Sequence record: NC_031107.2 | Length of the DNA: 64,000 nt | Reading direction: 5' to 3' (one strand) | Shown here: piece by piece, positions 34,229 through 44,038 of the stretch | Position numbering within the stretch: position 1 is the stretch's first letter | How the letters are laid out: the number at the start of each line of letters is the position of its first letter | Notes under the pieces: generated by a model | The model's input: only the letters and a program-made list of their open reading frames with translations | Told to the model about the DNA's origin: nothing | Database searches by the model: none | Position numbers and translations under genes: made by a program

Positions 34229-35935
34229 ATGGTCGAGATTCACATGACTTACACGAGTATGGGGGTAAGGGTAGAAATCCCCAACCGACAGATGGAGTCG
34301 GCCATACTCGGGTGGGCCGAAGAGAATATGCACGCCCCCAAAATGGGCAAGCAACAAGGTCGTATCACCACCGAACGGGGGGATGCGTTCTATGTTCACA
34401 TTCCTTCGCTGCGCACGTTCATTTTCCACAAGATGTTCGCCGAGCGGATTCAGGCGTTAATCCAGCGCGCATCTCTGGAATACAATATTCGTTATAACCT
34501 TTATCACCATCGGGTGGAGCGGAAAGCACCTTATCGCTGCAGTTTTGAAAACTACGGCTTTGAGATGCTGGAGACCGATCCCGAGTCACGCTTCTACTAT
34601 CAGAACGAGGTTGTGGATGCGGCGTGCGATGAGTCACGTCAGCAAACCATCTTTGCTATTCAGACCGGTCGCGGGAAAACCAAAACCTGTATGAAAGTAA
34701 TGGTAAAGAAAGGGGTGCGTACCTTGCTGATTCACCGACCCACGTATGTGTCTAAGTGGCTGTTTGACACCACAGAAGACCCTACAGGGCTGCGTGAAGA
34801 TAAGGAAGGGGTATGGGTGGTGACGGGCGTACAAGCCGTCTATGAAGTGCTGGAGATGGGAGAAACCGGGGAACTCGACCGTCGTGGGATTAAAATTATC
34901 ATTATCCCCACGGTAACCCTGCAACGCTTCCTGAAAGAGTACATCAACACCGCGGCGACTAACCCGGTTAACCTGGACACGTTCTACGACACCCTGGGTG
35001 TGGGTCTGTTGGCCATGGATGAAGTGCACGAGCATTTTCATCTGGTTTATCAGGCAGGCATTATGCTAAACCCGCCACCGAGTGTTGAGATGTCCGCGAC
35101 CCTGACGCCGGGTGCCAGCAAAGCGTTTATTGCCGAGCGGTATCTGGAACGTTTCCCGCCTGACCTGCGTATCTCGATCCCGGTGATTCCGGTGGTGCAC
35201 GTACGTGCTTTATATTACACCATCGAAGACCGCAAGTTCGCATTCTGGGCGTCAAAGATGACCCCGTACAACCACAAGCTGTTCGAAGGGAAACTCATCA
35301 AAGAGAATCTCCACATCAGCTATGCGGAAATGTACTGGGACATGATTGAGAAAACTTACCTGAAAGAATACCAGGTCGGGCAGAAAATCCTGTGCATCTT
35401 TGCAACGGTGGCCATGTGTGAGTTCTTCACGGAGTTTGTGAAGGACAAGCTGGCGCAGTCGGAAATGTTCCATGCGTTGATGGTGGCGAAGTTTAATGCG
35501 GGCGATTCGTATGACGACTTCATCTTAGCGGATATCTCTGTCTCCACACCGGGGAAAGCAGGTACCGCGGTTGATAAGCCAGGGTTGGTACACATGTACA
35601 TTTCGACCCCGGTTGAAGACCAACAGCTCAATGAGCAAATGGCCGGTCGTCCACGTAAAATCATGCACAAGGATTGGGGTGAAATCGATCCGAAGGTGTG
35701 GTTGTTCCATTCGCACAATGTGCCGAAGCATTGCAACTATCTGAACTCGCGCCAGAAGTCACTCAGTGATGTGGTGTTGTCATTTAAGATTGCATCGTCT
35801 CCGTACGTCGTAAGGAAATCCAATGCTCACTCCGCCGCTTCCGCCCGCGCCAATGCCACCCTATGCCGGGCTGACCTTAGCAAGTTTACTCGAAACCGTT
35901 TTAAAAGCGTATCCCGGCGTCGAAGACGTCGCTAA
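34229..35935 (+). CDS. SF2 (DEAD/DEVH) helicase, phiKZ gp75-like
   Basis: QTGRGKT, DEVH, SAT and QMAGR motifs. Confidence 0.9.
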   Translation: MVEIHMTYTSMGVRVEIPNRQMESAILGWAEENMHAPKMGKQQGRITTERGDAFYVHIPSLRTFIFHKMFAERIQALIQRASLEYNIRYNLYHHRVERKAPYRCSFENYGFEMLETDPESRFYYQNEVVDAACDESRQQTIFAIQTGRGKTKTCMKVMVKKGVRTLLIHRPTYVSKWLFDTTEDPTGLREDKEGVWVVTGVQAVYEVLEMGETGELDRRGIKIIIIPTVTLQRFLKEYINTAATNPVNLDTFYDTLGVGLLAMDEVHEHFHLVYQAGIMLNPPPSVEMSATLTPGASKAFIAERYLERFPPDLRISIPVIPVVHVRALYYTIEDRKFAFWASKMTPYNHKLFEGKLIKENLHISYAEMYWDMIEKTYLKEYQVGQKILCIFATVAMCEFFTEFVKDKLAQSEMFHALMVAKFNAGDSYDDFILADISVSTPGKAGTAVDKPGLVHMYISTPVEDQQLNEQMAGRPRKIMHKDWGEIDPKVWLFHSHNVPKHCNYLNSRQKSLSDVVLSFKIASSPYVVRKSNAHSAASARANATLCRADLSKFTRNRFKSVSRRRRRR

Positions 35936-36206
35936 AGCGCTGTGCACCGACCCGACACTGCAACCGGCGTTCCATTACTACATGGTCACCGAACACTTTG
36001 CCGGGTTAAAGATACTCCAGCGGGGCCTCACTTATTACATCACGCGTAACTCCAGTATCCGTACGACAGCGTCGTACGAGCTGTACAGTTATGTGTTGTG
36101 GAATGAGAACCCCGCCGGGAGTGTCGACCAGAACCCGAAAATGGCCTACCAGCTGTTTTCGGAAAAGTGGCACGATTGGGTTACTGTCCCGCATGATGCC
36201 AGTTAA
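35823..36206 (+). CDS. hypothetical protein overlapping the helicase 3-prime end
   Basis: AAGGA RBS before ATG 35823; fills the gap to the next gene; 113-nt out-of-frame overlap. Confidence 0.55.
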   Translation: MLTPPLPPAPMPPYAGLTLASLLETVLKAYPGVEDVAKALCTDPTLQPAFHYYMVTEHFAGLKILQRGLTYYITRNSSIRTTASYELYSYVLWNENPAGSVDQNPKMAYQLFSEKWHDWVTVPHDAS

Positions 36207-36263
36207 AAACAAAACGGGTGTATATTGTGTATACACCCAACCCTCCCAATAAGGAATATTTCG

Positions 36264-36854
36264 ATGAGTCGTGCCAAAAAATCCTCCGGTTTCAACCCTC
36301 GCCAGAACGCGCGTGACTACATCCGCAAGACGATGCAGGGTATCCTGTCTGTCAGTCTGCTGTTTGAAGACGAAACCAAAATTCTCTCCGCGAAGATTGA
36401 CCAGGAAGCCGAAGTCTCCGGGACTATCGGTTACGAACCTCTGCGTCTGTTTACGCTGGAAAAGCTGGATGAAGCCAAAGCCGGTTTCATCGGGCTGATG
36501 AAAGAAGGCAAAGAAAAGCTGGACGCCCTGAACGTCGCAGCTGATGCCAAAGCCATGGAGCTGTTGAACCTGGTAAATGAAAACCGCTGGGATGCCATTA
36601 AACACACCTACCCGGTGTTGGAAATGGAGCTGGCGTCCTATGCCACCGATGCAACTATCATCGGTCAGCAGATTCAGGGTGCGGCCATTGAGATTCTGTC
36701 TCTGTACAATGGTCGTGTCAACTTTGTTAAGCAGGCTTTGAAAAACGATGTTGACTGGGAAGTCGCGCTGAAGATGCTGGCAGAAGCCGAAGCAGATCAG
36801 GCGAAACCGGTTGACGAAGCTGCTGAGACTGTCGAGGAAGCTGCACATGTCTGA
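36264..36854 (+). CDS. helical hypothetical protein
   Basis: Start refined to MSRAKK after TAAGGA. Confidence 0.75.
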   Translation: MSRAKKSSGFNPRQNARDYIRKTMQGILSVSLLFEDETKILSAKIDQEAEVSGTIGYEPLRLFTLEKLDEAKAGFIGLMKEGKEKLDALNVAADAKAMELLNLVNENRWDAIKHTYPVLEMELASYATDATIIGQQIQGAAIEILSLYNGRVNFVKQALKNDVDWEVALKMLAEAEADQAKPVDEAAETVEEAAHV

Positions 36855-38964
36855 ACCGCTAGATCAGCGCCCGTCTAACGCGCGCCGTCCGAACCCTAGC
36901 CAGCCTGAGGTGTCGCAAGACACCCAGGAGCTGGTGCTGCCACCCGTCGAACGCATCCAACAAATGGATAGCGAAGACGCGGTGTTCCTGATTAAGAAAT
37001 CAAACCCTGGTTTTTCTTTTGCCCGCGCAGAGCAAGTGTACCAAGAACACTACGCTCTGCATCTGCAAGTAGAAGAACCGGTGTTGCAGCGTCCGGTCTT
37101 CCAGCAGGAAGAACCCCCGGCACCGCCTTCCTCTGCGCAGCCAGCGAGGCACGAGGAGGTCAACCCGATTCATGCTCTTAAAGAAAAAGAGCTTCCGCCC
37201 GCACTTGCCACACAGCCAGGTGGGTCGAACACCACAATCTTCGTGGAACCGAAACCCGAAGCCGCACCTGAACCTGTACCGCGTTCACCGGAACCCACGA
37301 TAGTTCATCAGCATGTGCACCAGTCTGCGCCTGAGCAGAAAGAAACGCAGCCGGTAGATGCCAAACCGTTTACCCCTCATGCGCCGGAAAAGCAGGAAGT
37401 GCGTCCTGACCATGAGAAGAACGCCGCCCCTCAGGTGAAGACCACCGAGAGCGAGCGTGAGGTGAATTTCGGTAATCAACCGTATCAGCCGGAAATGGCC
37501 GAGCTGCCGCAGGACGATCGTGATGCAATCCTAACCGGTCTGCGTCGTCTGGTTGGCCCGATGCAAGACCCGAACCTGATTGGTAAGGACTTGCAACGTT
37601 TCTTCTCCAGTGTTAAGCGTTCACCGGATGACGGGCGTTTGCTGTTTGAAAGCGAAGAACAGCAACAGCGTTATAGTCTGATTTATGCTGCGCTGAACAT
37701 GACGCCACCGACGCTCCACAACACAGCCCAAGCTTTCGATATGGCGCTGTCGCGTGACGACACCCCATGGGAACAACGTGTTCGTCTGCCGGGCTTTGAA
37801 AAGCCCGCGGGTCTTATCTCACCGCGCGACAATATGCACAGCGGCCCGATTGCGGCTCTGCGTCGCCGCCGTAAGACCGGTATCCCGAACTCGGTGTGGT
37901 TACCGGCCACCGGTATCTACGTGGGCTTCCGTGCACCGAACGAGCGTGAGTTCTGCGATTTCGATATGCAGCTGACGCTGGAAACGGCCACCATCGGGAT
38001 GCAGACGTACGGTCTGATGCTGTCTTCTTCTTCGGGTGTCTATATCCGCCACATGGTAGAGTTCGCTCTGGGCTTTGTGACCGAGTGTACGCTCGACTGT
38101 GAAGGCAACGACATGAAGACCGTGCTGCTGGATAAGATTGATATCGCTGACTACTGGTTAGTGATTCTCGGTCCGATTCAGGCGAAGTTCCCAGCAGGTC
38201 TGCCGTGGACGCTGGTCTGTGGTCACGACGGTTGTGGGCATCAGCAAGATGTGAAGCTGAACATTGCACGCTGTATCCGCATGGGTACCAGCCTGTACAC
38301 TGACCTGCAACGTAACCTGTGGGCACATCAGCGTGGTGTCGATGACTACACCATCACACAGGCACAACAAGCCGAGTTCGTGAACCAGCACCTCAAAGAC
38401 CCGTCTGCGGTGTTTGAACGTGACGGTGTTACCGTAACCTTCGGTCGCTGCACCCTGGGTGACTTCTTTGACCACACCGAAACCTGGATGTCTGACATCA
38501 ATGCCTCTACCACGGCTGCGCTGTCGTCTAACGGGACGGAACGTGAGAAAGAGAACCACATGCGCCTTACCGCAGAAACGCGTCGTCTGACCCGTTATGC
38601 GCACCTGGTGGAATCCATCACCGTGGTGGAAGAACGCACTGTGGACGGGGAAACCGTACAGACCACGGAAACCGAACGCGACTACGCGAAGATTGTCAAG
38701 ATGCTCGAAGAGTTATCACCTGACCGTCTGTACGTAGCTGAGTTCGAAGCGGCTATCGCCAACTACAACGAGCGTTCTCGTTTGGCTGTGTTCGGGTACA
38801 TGGGACAGAAATGTTCCCAGTGTGGTGGTGACCATGGCGGGGAGAAAGAAGGCCCGTACCGTGGTATCGTTACCATTTCACCGGACAGGGTTTTTTTCGA
38901 GCTCTCTCGAGTGGTGTCCGAGATTCAGAAGTATCTGCTCAGACAATACGGCGTTACTGGCTAG
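36847..38964 (+). CDS. conserved protein (phiKZ gp77-like), Pro/Gln-rich N-terminus plus T4 gp26-like hub-assembly domain
   Basis: Start refined to MSEPLDQ; CGHDGC and CSQC Zn-like pairs. Confidence 0.6.
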   Translation: MSEPLDQRPSNARRPNPSQPEVSQDTQELVLPPVERIQQMDSEDAVFLIKKSNPGFSFARAEQVYQEHYALHLQVEEPVLQRPVFQQEEPPAPPSSAQPARHEEVNPIHALKEKELPPALATQPGGSNTTIFVEPKPEAAPEPVPRSPEPTIVHQHVHQSAPEQKETQPVDAKPFTPHAPEKQEVRPDHEKNAAPQVKTTESEREVNFGNQPYQPEMAELPQDDRDAILTGLRRLVGPMQDPNLIGKDLQRFFSSVKRSPDDGRLLFESEEQQQRYSLIYAALNMTPPTLHNTAQAFDMALSRDDTPWEQRVRLPGFEKPAGLISPRDNMHSGPIAALRRRRKTGIPNSVWLPATGIYVGFRAPNEREFCDFDMQLTLETATIGMQTYGLMLSSSSGVYIRHMVEFALGFVTECTLDCEGNDMKTVLLDKIDIADYWLVILGPIQAKFPAGLPWTLVCGHDGCGHQQDVKLNIARCIRMGTSLYTDLQRNLWAHQRGVDDYTITQAQQAEFVNQHLKDPSAVFERDGVTVTFGRCTLGDFFDHTETWMSDINASTTAALSSNGTEREKENHMRLTAETRRLTRYAHLVESITVVEERTVDGETVQTTETERDYAKIVKMLEELSPDRLYVAEFEAAIANYNERSRLAVFGYMGQKCSQCGGDHGGEKEGPYRGIVTISPDRVFFELSRVVSEIQKYLLRQYGVTG

Positions 38965-38975
38965 ACCACGAAGAA

Positions 38976-39386
38976 GTGCCGTCCGACCAGATAATCACGA
39001 CTCTCAAGCTAGACACCACCTCACTGTTCAAACAACGCAGTACCCGCCCCATCACGTATCAAGAAGCCCACAACGAACTGTTGGAAGCCTACGATGCGAC
39101 GCTGGGGCTGGATACCGGTGAAAGCCATATCGGGATGTCGGAATTTGAAAACCCGGTAATGGGCAGTCTGTATGAAATCTGGTATGCCACGTACTTACGT
39201 GAGCAAATTGGAGAACACTTCCGTCTCTCGTTCGATGAGTTTCTCAACCGTCCGCGCTGGCAGATTATGATCATGCTGGAAGCGGTACGTCGTCGCATGG
39301 CTATCTTGAATAAAGATATTCAGCAGCAACTCGATGAGAACAAAGAGATGCGTGGTTTGGAAAAAGAAATGCAGGGTCGTACCTAA
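38976..39386 (+). CDS. small protein, possibly T4 gp51/tail-chaperone-like
   Basis: SFDEFLNRPRWQIMIML pattern; follows the gp26-like gene; terminator at 39385-39418. Confidence 0.5.
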   Translation: MPSDQIITTLKLDTTSLFKQRSTRPITYQEAHNELLEAYDATLGLDTGESHIGMSEFENPVMGSLYEIWYATYLREQIGEHFRLSFDEFLNRPRWQIMIMLEAVRRRMAILNKDIQQQLDENKEMRGLEKEMQGRT

Positions 39387-39455
39387 GGGGCTTCGGCCCC
39401 TTTTTCTTTTCTTTTTTTGCCTTGGTATGAATCCTCCAAAGTCCTGGAACCCACC

Positions 39456-40319
39456 ATGATTGACATTTATACCGACTACGCGGCCGTCCTGACGGTCAAC
39501 CGACACGAAGACCGGGCAGCGCCGATGCTAGACTTAGTTACCCTCGGTATTGATTACGGTTATGATGTGGCCTTAAGCGACGTGTATTTCGAACCGTCTG
39601 CTGACCCGGCCGATGAAACCATCCGGTTAGAAGGCATCATTGTAAAATGTGCTGTCGCCTTAGGCAACCGTTTGGGCGTGGCCTTGAATCCCCAAATCGT
39701 GTATCAAAAACCGAAAGAGACCGTGCGTATACTGCACGGATTGTTAGAAACCTTCGAAGACTTCGATGACAGCGACAGTCTCTACGGAATTGTGATGTCC
39801 GGTGAAACCCCGGAGTTCATTCTCGAGAACATGTGTCGTCTGGTGTACGGAGACAACAACCTACACTTCGAAGACCTGATTGTTCGCGTTGGCCCACGGG
39901 TAATGACCGTGATGCGTAACTACCTGGCGGCTTCTGCGCTGGACGAACAAAAAGGCGATAACGATTACCTGCGCATCGGCCGTATCGCGGCTTACCTGCG
40001 CGTATTCCCGCAGAACCCGTCAGCGTTTGTGTTCTTGAACCTGCCTCAGGAACCTGACCTGCAAGTGGTGCAACAATCCTTTACGTTTGACGAAGAAGAA
40101 TACCCGGAAGATGAACTGCTGCTGATGTACAGCGTGGGTCTGTCGGTGATTCCTGCGGATACGTACGAGGATGCCTATGCGGCACTCGCGGGGAACTTAG
40201 AGAAGCTCAATACCGATGGCTACCCTGCGCTACCAATTCTGGAACAGGGGATGGCTGCCCTGAAAACCATCTACGGTCATGACAACGTGACTGAGGAAGA
40301 GAATTATGAACAGGATTGA
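39456..40319 (+). CDS. conserved hypothetical protein (phiKZ gp79-like by synteny)
   Basis: Start refined to MIDIYTD; directly upstream of the vRNAP fragment. Confidence 0.7.
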   Translation: MIDIYTDYAAVLTVNRHEDRAAPMLDLVTLGIDYGYDVALSDVYFEPSADPADETIRLEGIIVKCAVALGNRLGVALNPQIVYQKPKETVRILHGLLETFEDFDDSDSLYGIVMSGETPEFILENMCRLVYGDNNLHFEDLIVRVGPRVMTVMRNYLAASALDEQKGDNDYLRIGRIAAYLRVFPQNPSAFVFLNLPQEPDLQVVQQSFTFDEEEYPEDELLLMYSVGLSVIPADTYEDAYAALAGNLEKLNTDGYPALPILEQGMAALKTIYGHDNVTEEENYEQD

Positions 40320-41613
40320 GTACCTGGTCGCTGCCTGTCAAGCAGAAGCTTGGCGTCGACTGGTGTGGCGTATCGCGGTATTCAACGTGGCTATCTTTAA
40401 TGAGGATGGCGAAGCGCCTGAGCAGTGGGACTTGACCTACATTGATGGCCTGCCACACTTCTGGGATATCCCGGTAGAAGGTGAGGATGCGAAGTGGGTA
40501 CCGATTGAAGGGTGTAAAAAGGATGATGAGTTGTTCATCCCGGAAGAAACCTTTGAGTTGCGTCCAGATATGTATCCAGGCTTAGACGGTCCGATTGAAA
40601 CCACCGTCGGGCGGTATGTCTTTAACTGGATTGTTATCTATTACGCGTTTGGTACTCGCCTGCCGTATATGGCCATCTCCAAGAACCCGTTGGAATACCA
40701 GAAAGAGATGTACCGTCGTTGTCTTGACCACGAAGACGATGAACCTGAGAACGACGGAGCCATTCGTCCAAGCATGATAGGGCGCTTTGTAGGCGGTCTA
40801 CACGAGCTCGCACCGATGACCCGTGGGATTGCCGCCACAGGTACGTTACGATCGCTTACAACGCATCCTGATGCGTATAAGGTACGTGATGCGCTGCTTA
40901 TCAAGCACAAAGACGAACTGGATAACCCGGCGGTCATTGTGCAGATTGAAAAAGCGCTGGACGAGCTGGACAAAGAGTGGTTATCCGGTGACCAATCGAT
41001 TGAGTTCTATAACTCACCGAAGTCCCGTATGCGTCGTCGTAAACTGATGCTGATGTACGGTATTCAGACGGCGTTTAAAGAGGGGAACGACTTCACCCTG
41101 ATACCGACCAGTTTGATGGAGGTGGATGAAGGCGGGATGAAGAACCTGGTGGAGAAATTCAACGATACCCGTGAAGGGTCATTCTCCCGTGGTGCGGAAA
41201 CTGCCAAAGGGGGTGAACAGGTACGTATCATCCAGATGATCTTCCAGAACCACCGCATTGTCGCCGGTGACTGCGGTACCAAGTTAACCCACCCAGTGGT
41301 GATTAACATGGGTAACGTGTCGCGCTATGTAGGGATGAACGCCGTGATTAACGGTAAACTCACCCCACTTACCGAAGCGTATCTGAAAGAACAAATGGGT
41401 AAAGTGGTGCGTTTACGTCGCCCCATCTTATGTCAACTGGGCCACGTAGACTGCTGTTCTGCGTGCTCGTCTGCCCACAAAGCAGAAGAACCTCGCGCTA
41501 TCGCCGCGGACATCTCCTCCGCGTTCTCGAACGTTATGACCAACGCGATGGGTGCAATGCACGGCCGTGAAACTGTCGTGCAAGAGTTTACACCGTTAAT
41601 CCACATCACTTAA
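40306..41613 (+). CDS. rpoC: virion RNA polymerase beta-prime middle subunit (phiKZ gp80-like)
   Basis: REGSFSRGAETAKGGE bridge-helix region, GDCGT, RRPILC and CCSAC Zn site. Confidence 0.85.
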   Translation: MNRIEYLVAACQAEAWRRLVWRIAVFNVAIFNEDGEAPEQWDLTYIDGLPHFWDIPVEGEDAKWVPIEGCKKDDELFIPEETFELRPDMYPGLDGPIETTVGRYVFNWIVIYYAFGTRLPYMAISKNPLEYQKEMYRRCLDHEDDEPENDGAIRPSMIGRFVGGLHELAPMTRGIAATGTLRSLTTHPDAYKVRDALLIKHKDELDNPAVIVQIEKALDELDKEWLSGDQSIEFYNSPKSRMRRRKLMLMYGIQTAFKEGNDFTLIPTSLMEVDEGGMKNLVEKFNDTREGSFSRGAETAKGGEQVRIIQMIFQNHRIVAGDCGTKLTHPVVINMGNVSRYVGMNAVINGKLTPLTEAYLKEQMGKVVRLRRPILCQLGHVDCCSACSSAHKAEEPRAIAADISSAFSNVMTNAMGAMHGRETVVQEFTPLIHIT

Positions 41614-41624
41614 GGATTATTACC

Positions 41625-42128
41625 ATGGCATCAACCGATATCAATACGCAGGACGAACGTCCTACGGCTACCCAGCGTGCGGCTGTCTCTTACGGCCAGG
41701 ATGACCAGCATCAGGTTAAGCTGATTACCACGCAGCTGGACGAAGCAGGCGCGGCCGTTGGCCCAAACAAAGCCAAAGGTACCCAGGCAGAGAAAGACGC
41801 GTATAACAAGCTGCACAGCTCGTTCCGTGCGCTGTTTAATCTGCGTGGTCAGGCATTCCTCGATGCGTTCTACGCATTCGTGGCAGCAGCCCAGAAGCAT
41901 AAACGCGGTATCTTCTATCAACCGCTGGTTACCCGTTATGCGGAAGTGAACTTCCCGGACAGTAGCGAGCGCGAAGTGTTCGTGGTGTTCATCAACATGC
42001 TGGTACGTTTCGCCGGGGCCTCCGACAAGCGTCGTTGGCTTGAGCTGAACAAAGTCAGTCGTGTCACTGACCGCGTAACCGACCAGGAGCTGGCCTCACT
42101 GCTGGCTCATGCGTTCGGGGCGGCTTAA
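41625..42128 (+). CDS. conserved hypothetical protein
   Basis: TAAGGA RBS; biased codons. Confidence 0.75.
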   Translation: MASTDINTQDERPTATQRAAVSYGQDDQHQVKLITTQLDEAGAAVGPNKAKGTQAEKDAYNKLHSSFRALFNLRGQAFLDAFYAFVAAAQKHKRGIFYQPLVTRYAEVNFPDSSEREVFVVFINMLVRFAGASDKRRWLELNKVSRVTDRVTDQELASLLAHAFGAA

Positions 42129-42174
42129 ATAAAAGTACCCACTCCTTTGCGGGAGTGGGTATACTTCTTTTTTT
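42127..42174. terminator. bidirectional terminator
   Basis: GTACCCACTCC/GGAGTGGGTA hairpin with A and T flanks. Confidence 0.75.
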
Positions 42175-42175
42175 G

Positions 42176-43966
42176 TCAAAAACCGTTGATGTATTCGATT
42201 GGGTCAGTAACTGTTTCACCTTGACGTACCAGGAAGGCGGTGAGTACCTGGTCTTTATCCGGCAAGCGGAAGAAGTCCGTGGCAATCTCCATCGCATTCA
42301 CTCGCCCTGCGGTTAAGTTCACACCGGTACGACGACGTATCTCTTCAGAGACACCGGTGATACTCAACAGCTCAATCAGGGTGGTTTCACGCGACTGGTT
42401 CATCATGTTGGTGGCTGACGGATAAGCCTGTGTTAAGTCTGCATCCGCCGTTTGACCACGGAAGGCCGAATGGAACACTGGAATCTCTTTCAAGATATTG
42501 TTCAATCCGTTCTCGGAGTTCATGCACGCTGTTAACGTAACAATCCATCCGTCCGTCCCGATAACTTCCTCATCGAAGTCGTTACGCATCGCCTGACCCG
42601 TGCACCCAATGACCAGACTCGGGTTCTGTTCATACAGGTAATAGGTAAAGGCCACACAGATTCGTTTCGGCAGTGACGGGAAGATATCGTACATCGAATA
42701 ACCGGCGAGAATCGAGATTGCCGAAGACAAGTCATTGGTCTTTTTGTCCAACAACAAAATCATCAGGTTATCGAAGATGTTGTACACGCTGTATTCCAGC
42801 GGATACTCTTTCTGCGCCCGTAAGTGCCACTCCAGTTTCTCTTCATACGGCAGTCCTGGGATATCGAGTTTGTTTAAGCCAAGCTCACTGTCCAGAATGG
42901 CGTTCAACTTGTATGATGGGCGCTGCCCTTCGTGCACACGCAGCGAACGGAACAGACACATTGCATCCACAAAGTAGAACGACGCCACACAGTACAGAAT
43001 GTGCCACTGCTGAGACGGGGCTTTAGTCAATGACTTGGACTCCGTCTTCTTCGAGGCTTCATCTTTCTTAAACCACACCTTACGATACTGCTTCGGCACC
43101 GACGGGTGACAGAACACATCTGCCGGGTCGATATTGTCACGCGCCAGTGCTTCTAACATACGTGAGATATCGAACTCGTGGTTCCAGGCAACCATCAGGT
43201 CGGGTAGCTTGGGATGAATCTCTTCGAACATCATCTGGATACAGTGGCCAGACGTTACCCCTTCGTGCGCATAGATGGTAAAGCCTGCTAATACGTCACG
43301 GGCCTTAACTTCCTCCTCACCGGTCTTCTTGTTCTTTTCACGGAACTCGATTTTGCACAGCAGTTCAGCTGCACGTTTACGCAGACGTTCTTCAAAGTTC
43401 TCCCGACCACAGCGTGCCAGGTAATCTTTGGTAGCGTAGAAGTGAATCTCATCGTCCAGCACAAAGCTCATCAGCCAGGGGTCACGCGAACCGTCTTCTT
43501 CGCGTGTTTCCACGTCGTAGATACACAGGCGGTTAGGTGTGACACTGTTTGGGTACTTCTTTAAATACTTCTGTTTAATCCAGCTCGTAATGGGAAGGTC
43601 TGCCCAATATACGTACGGACTGGTACATACCTGGCGCAGGCGTTTCTTCGGGTCAGGGAAACGCACCCCTAAACCGGCCTGAATGGTCATCGCCATTTTG
43701 ACATCGGTGGTCATAAACTCTTGCGTCTTAGACCGTTCTTCGTATTCTTTTTTCTCTTGATGGTTACGGTGATTAGGCTGCGTTATGTAGATGGGACGCT
43801 TTAAGTTCTCACGTCCGAAGACCCGTGGAATCAGCCTGCCATCTTTAGTATGGATGACCTCTTTTACGAGGACAAAGTCGTTTTGCTTATCATCGTCTGT
43901 CGCATAAGCGACATGCTTGCACTCTTTAGCGATTACGTCCTCGGGTGCAAAATAGTTGTTGATCAT
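42176..43966 (-). CDS. family B DNA polymerase exonuclease/motif A subunit (phiKZ gp82-like)
   Basis: ExoI IYDVET, ExoII AWNHEFD, ExoIII YNIFD and motif A DADLTQAYPS; start refined to MINNYF. Confidence 0.85.
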   Translation of the reverse strand: MINNYFAPEDVIAKECKHVAYATDDDKQNDFVLVKEVIHTKDGRLIPRVFGRENLKRPIYITQPNHRNHQEKKEYEERSKTQEFMTTDVKMAMTIQAGLGVRFPDPKKRLRQVCTSPYVYWADLPITSWIKQKYLKKYPNSVTPNRLCIYDVETREEDGSRDPWLMSFVLDDEIHFYATKDYLARCGRENFEERLRKRAAELLCKIEFREKNKKTGEEEVKARDVLAGFTIYAHEGVTSGHCIQMMFEEIHPKLPDLMVAWNHEFDISRMLEALARDNIDPADVFCHPSVPKQYRKVWFKKDEASKKTESKSLTKAPSQQWHILYCVASFYFVDAMCLFRSLRVHEGQRPSYKLNAILDSELGLNKLDIPGLPYEEKLEWHLRAQKEYPLEYSVYNIFDNLMILLLDKKTNDLSSAISILAGYSMYDIFPSLPKRICVAFTYYLYEQNPSLVIGCTGQAMRNDFDEEVIGTDGWIVTLTACMNSENGLNNILKEIPVFHSAFRGQTADADLTQAYPSATNMMNQSRETTLIELLSITGVSEEIRRRTGVNLTAGRVNAMEIATDFFRLPDKDQVLTAFLVRQGETVTDPIEYINGF

Positions 43967-44038
43967 GGCTTCACTCTCAAATCTGGTGGCTGCTATATTG
44001 ATTTGTGGGTAGCGTAATTTTCTATTAAGGAACGTCAA

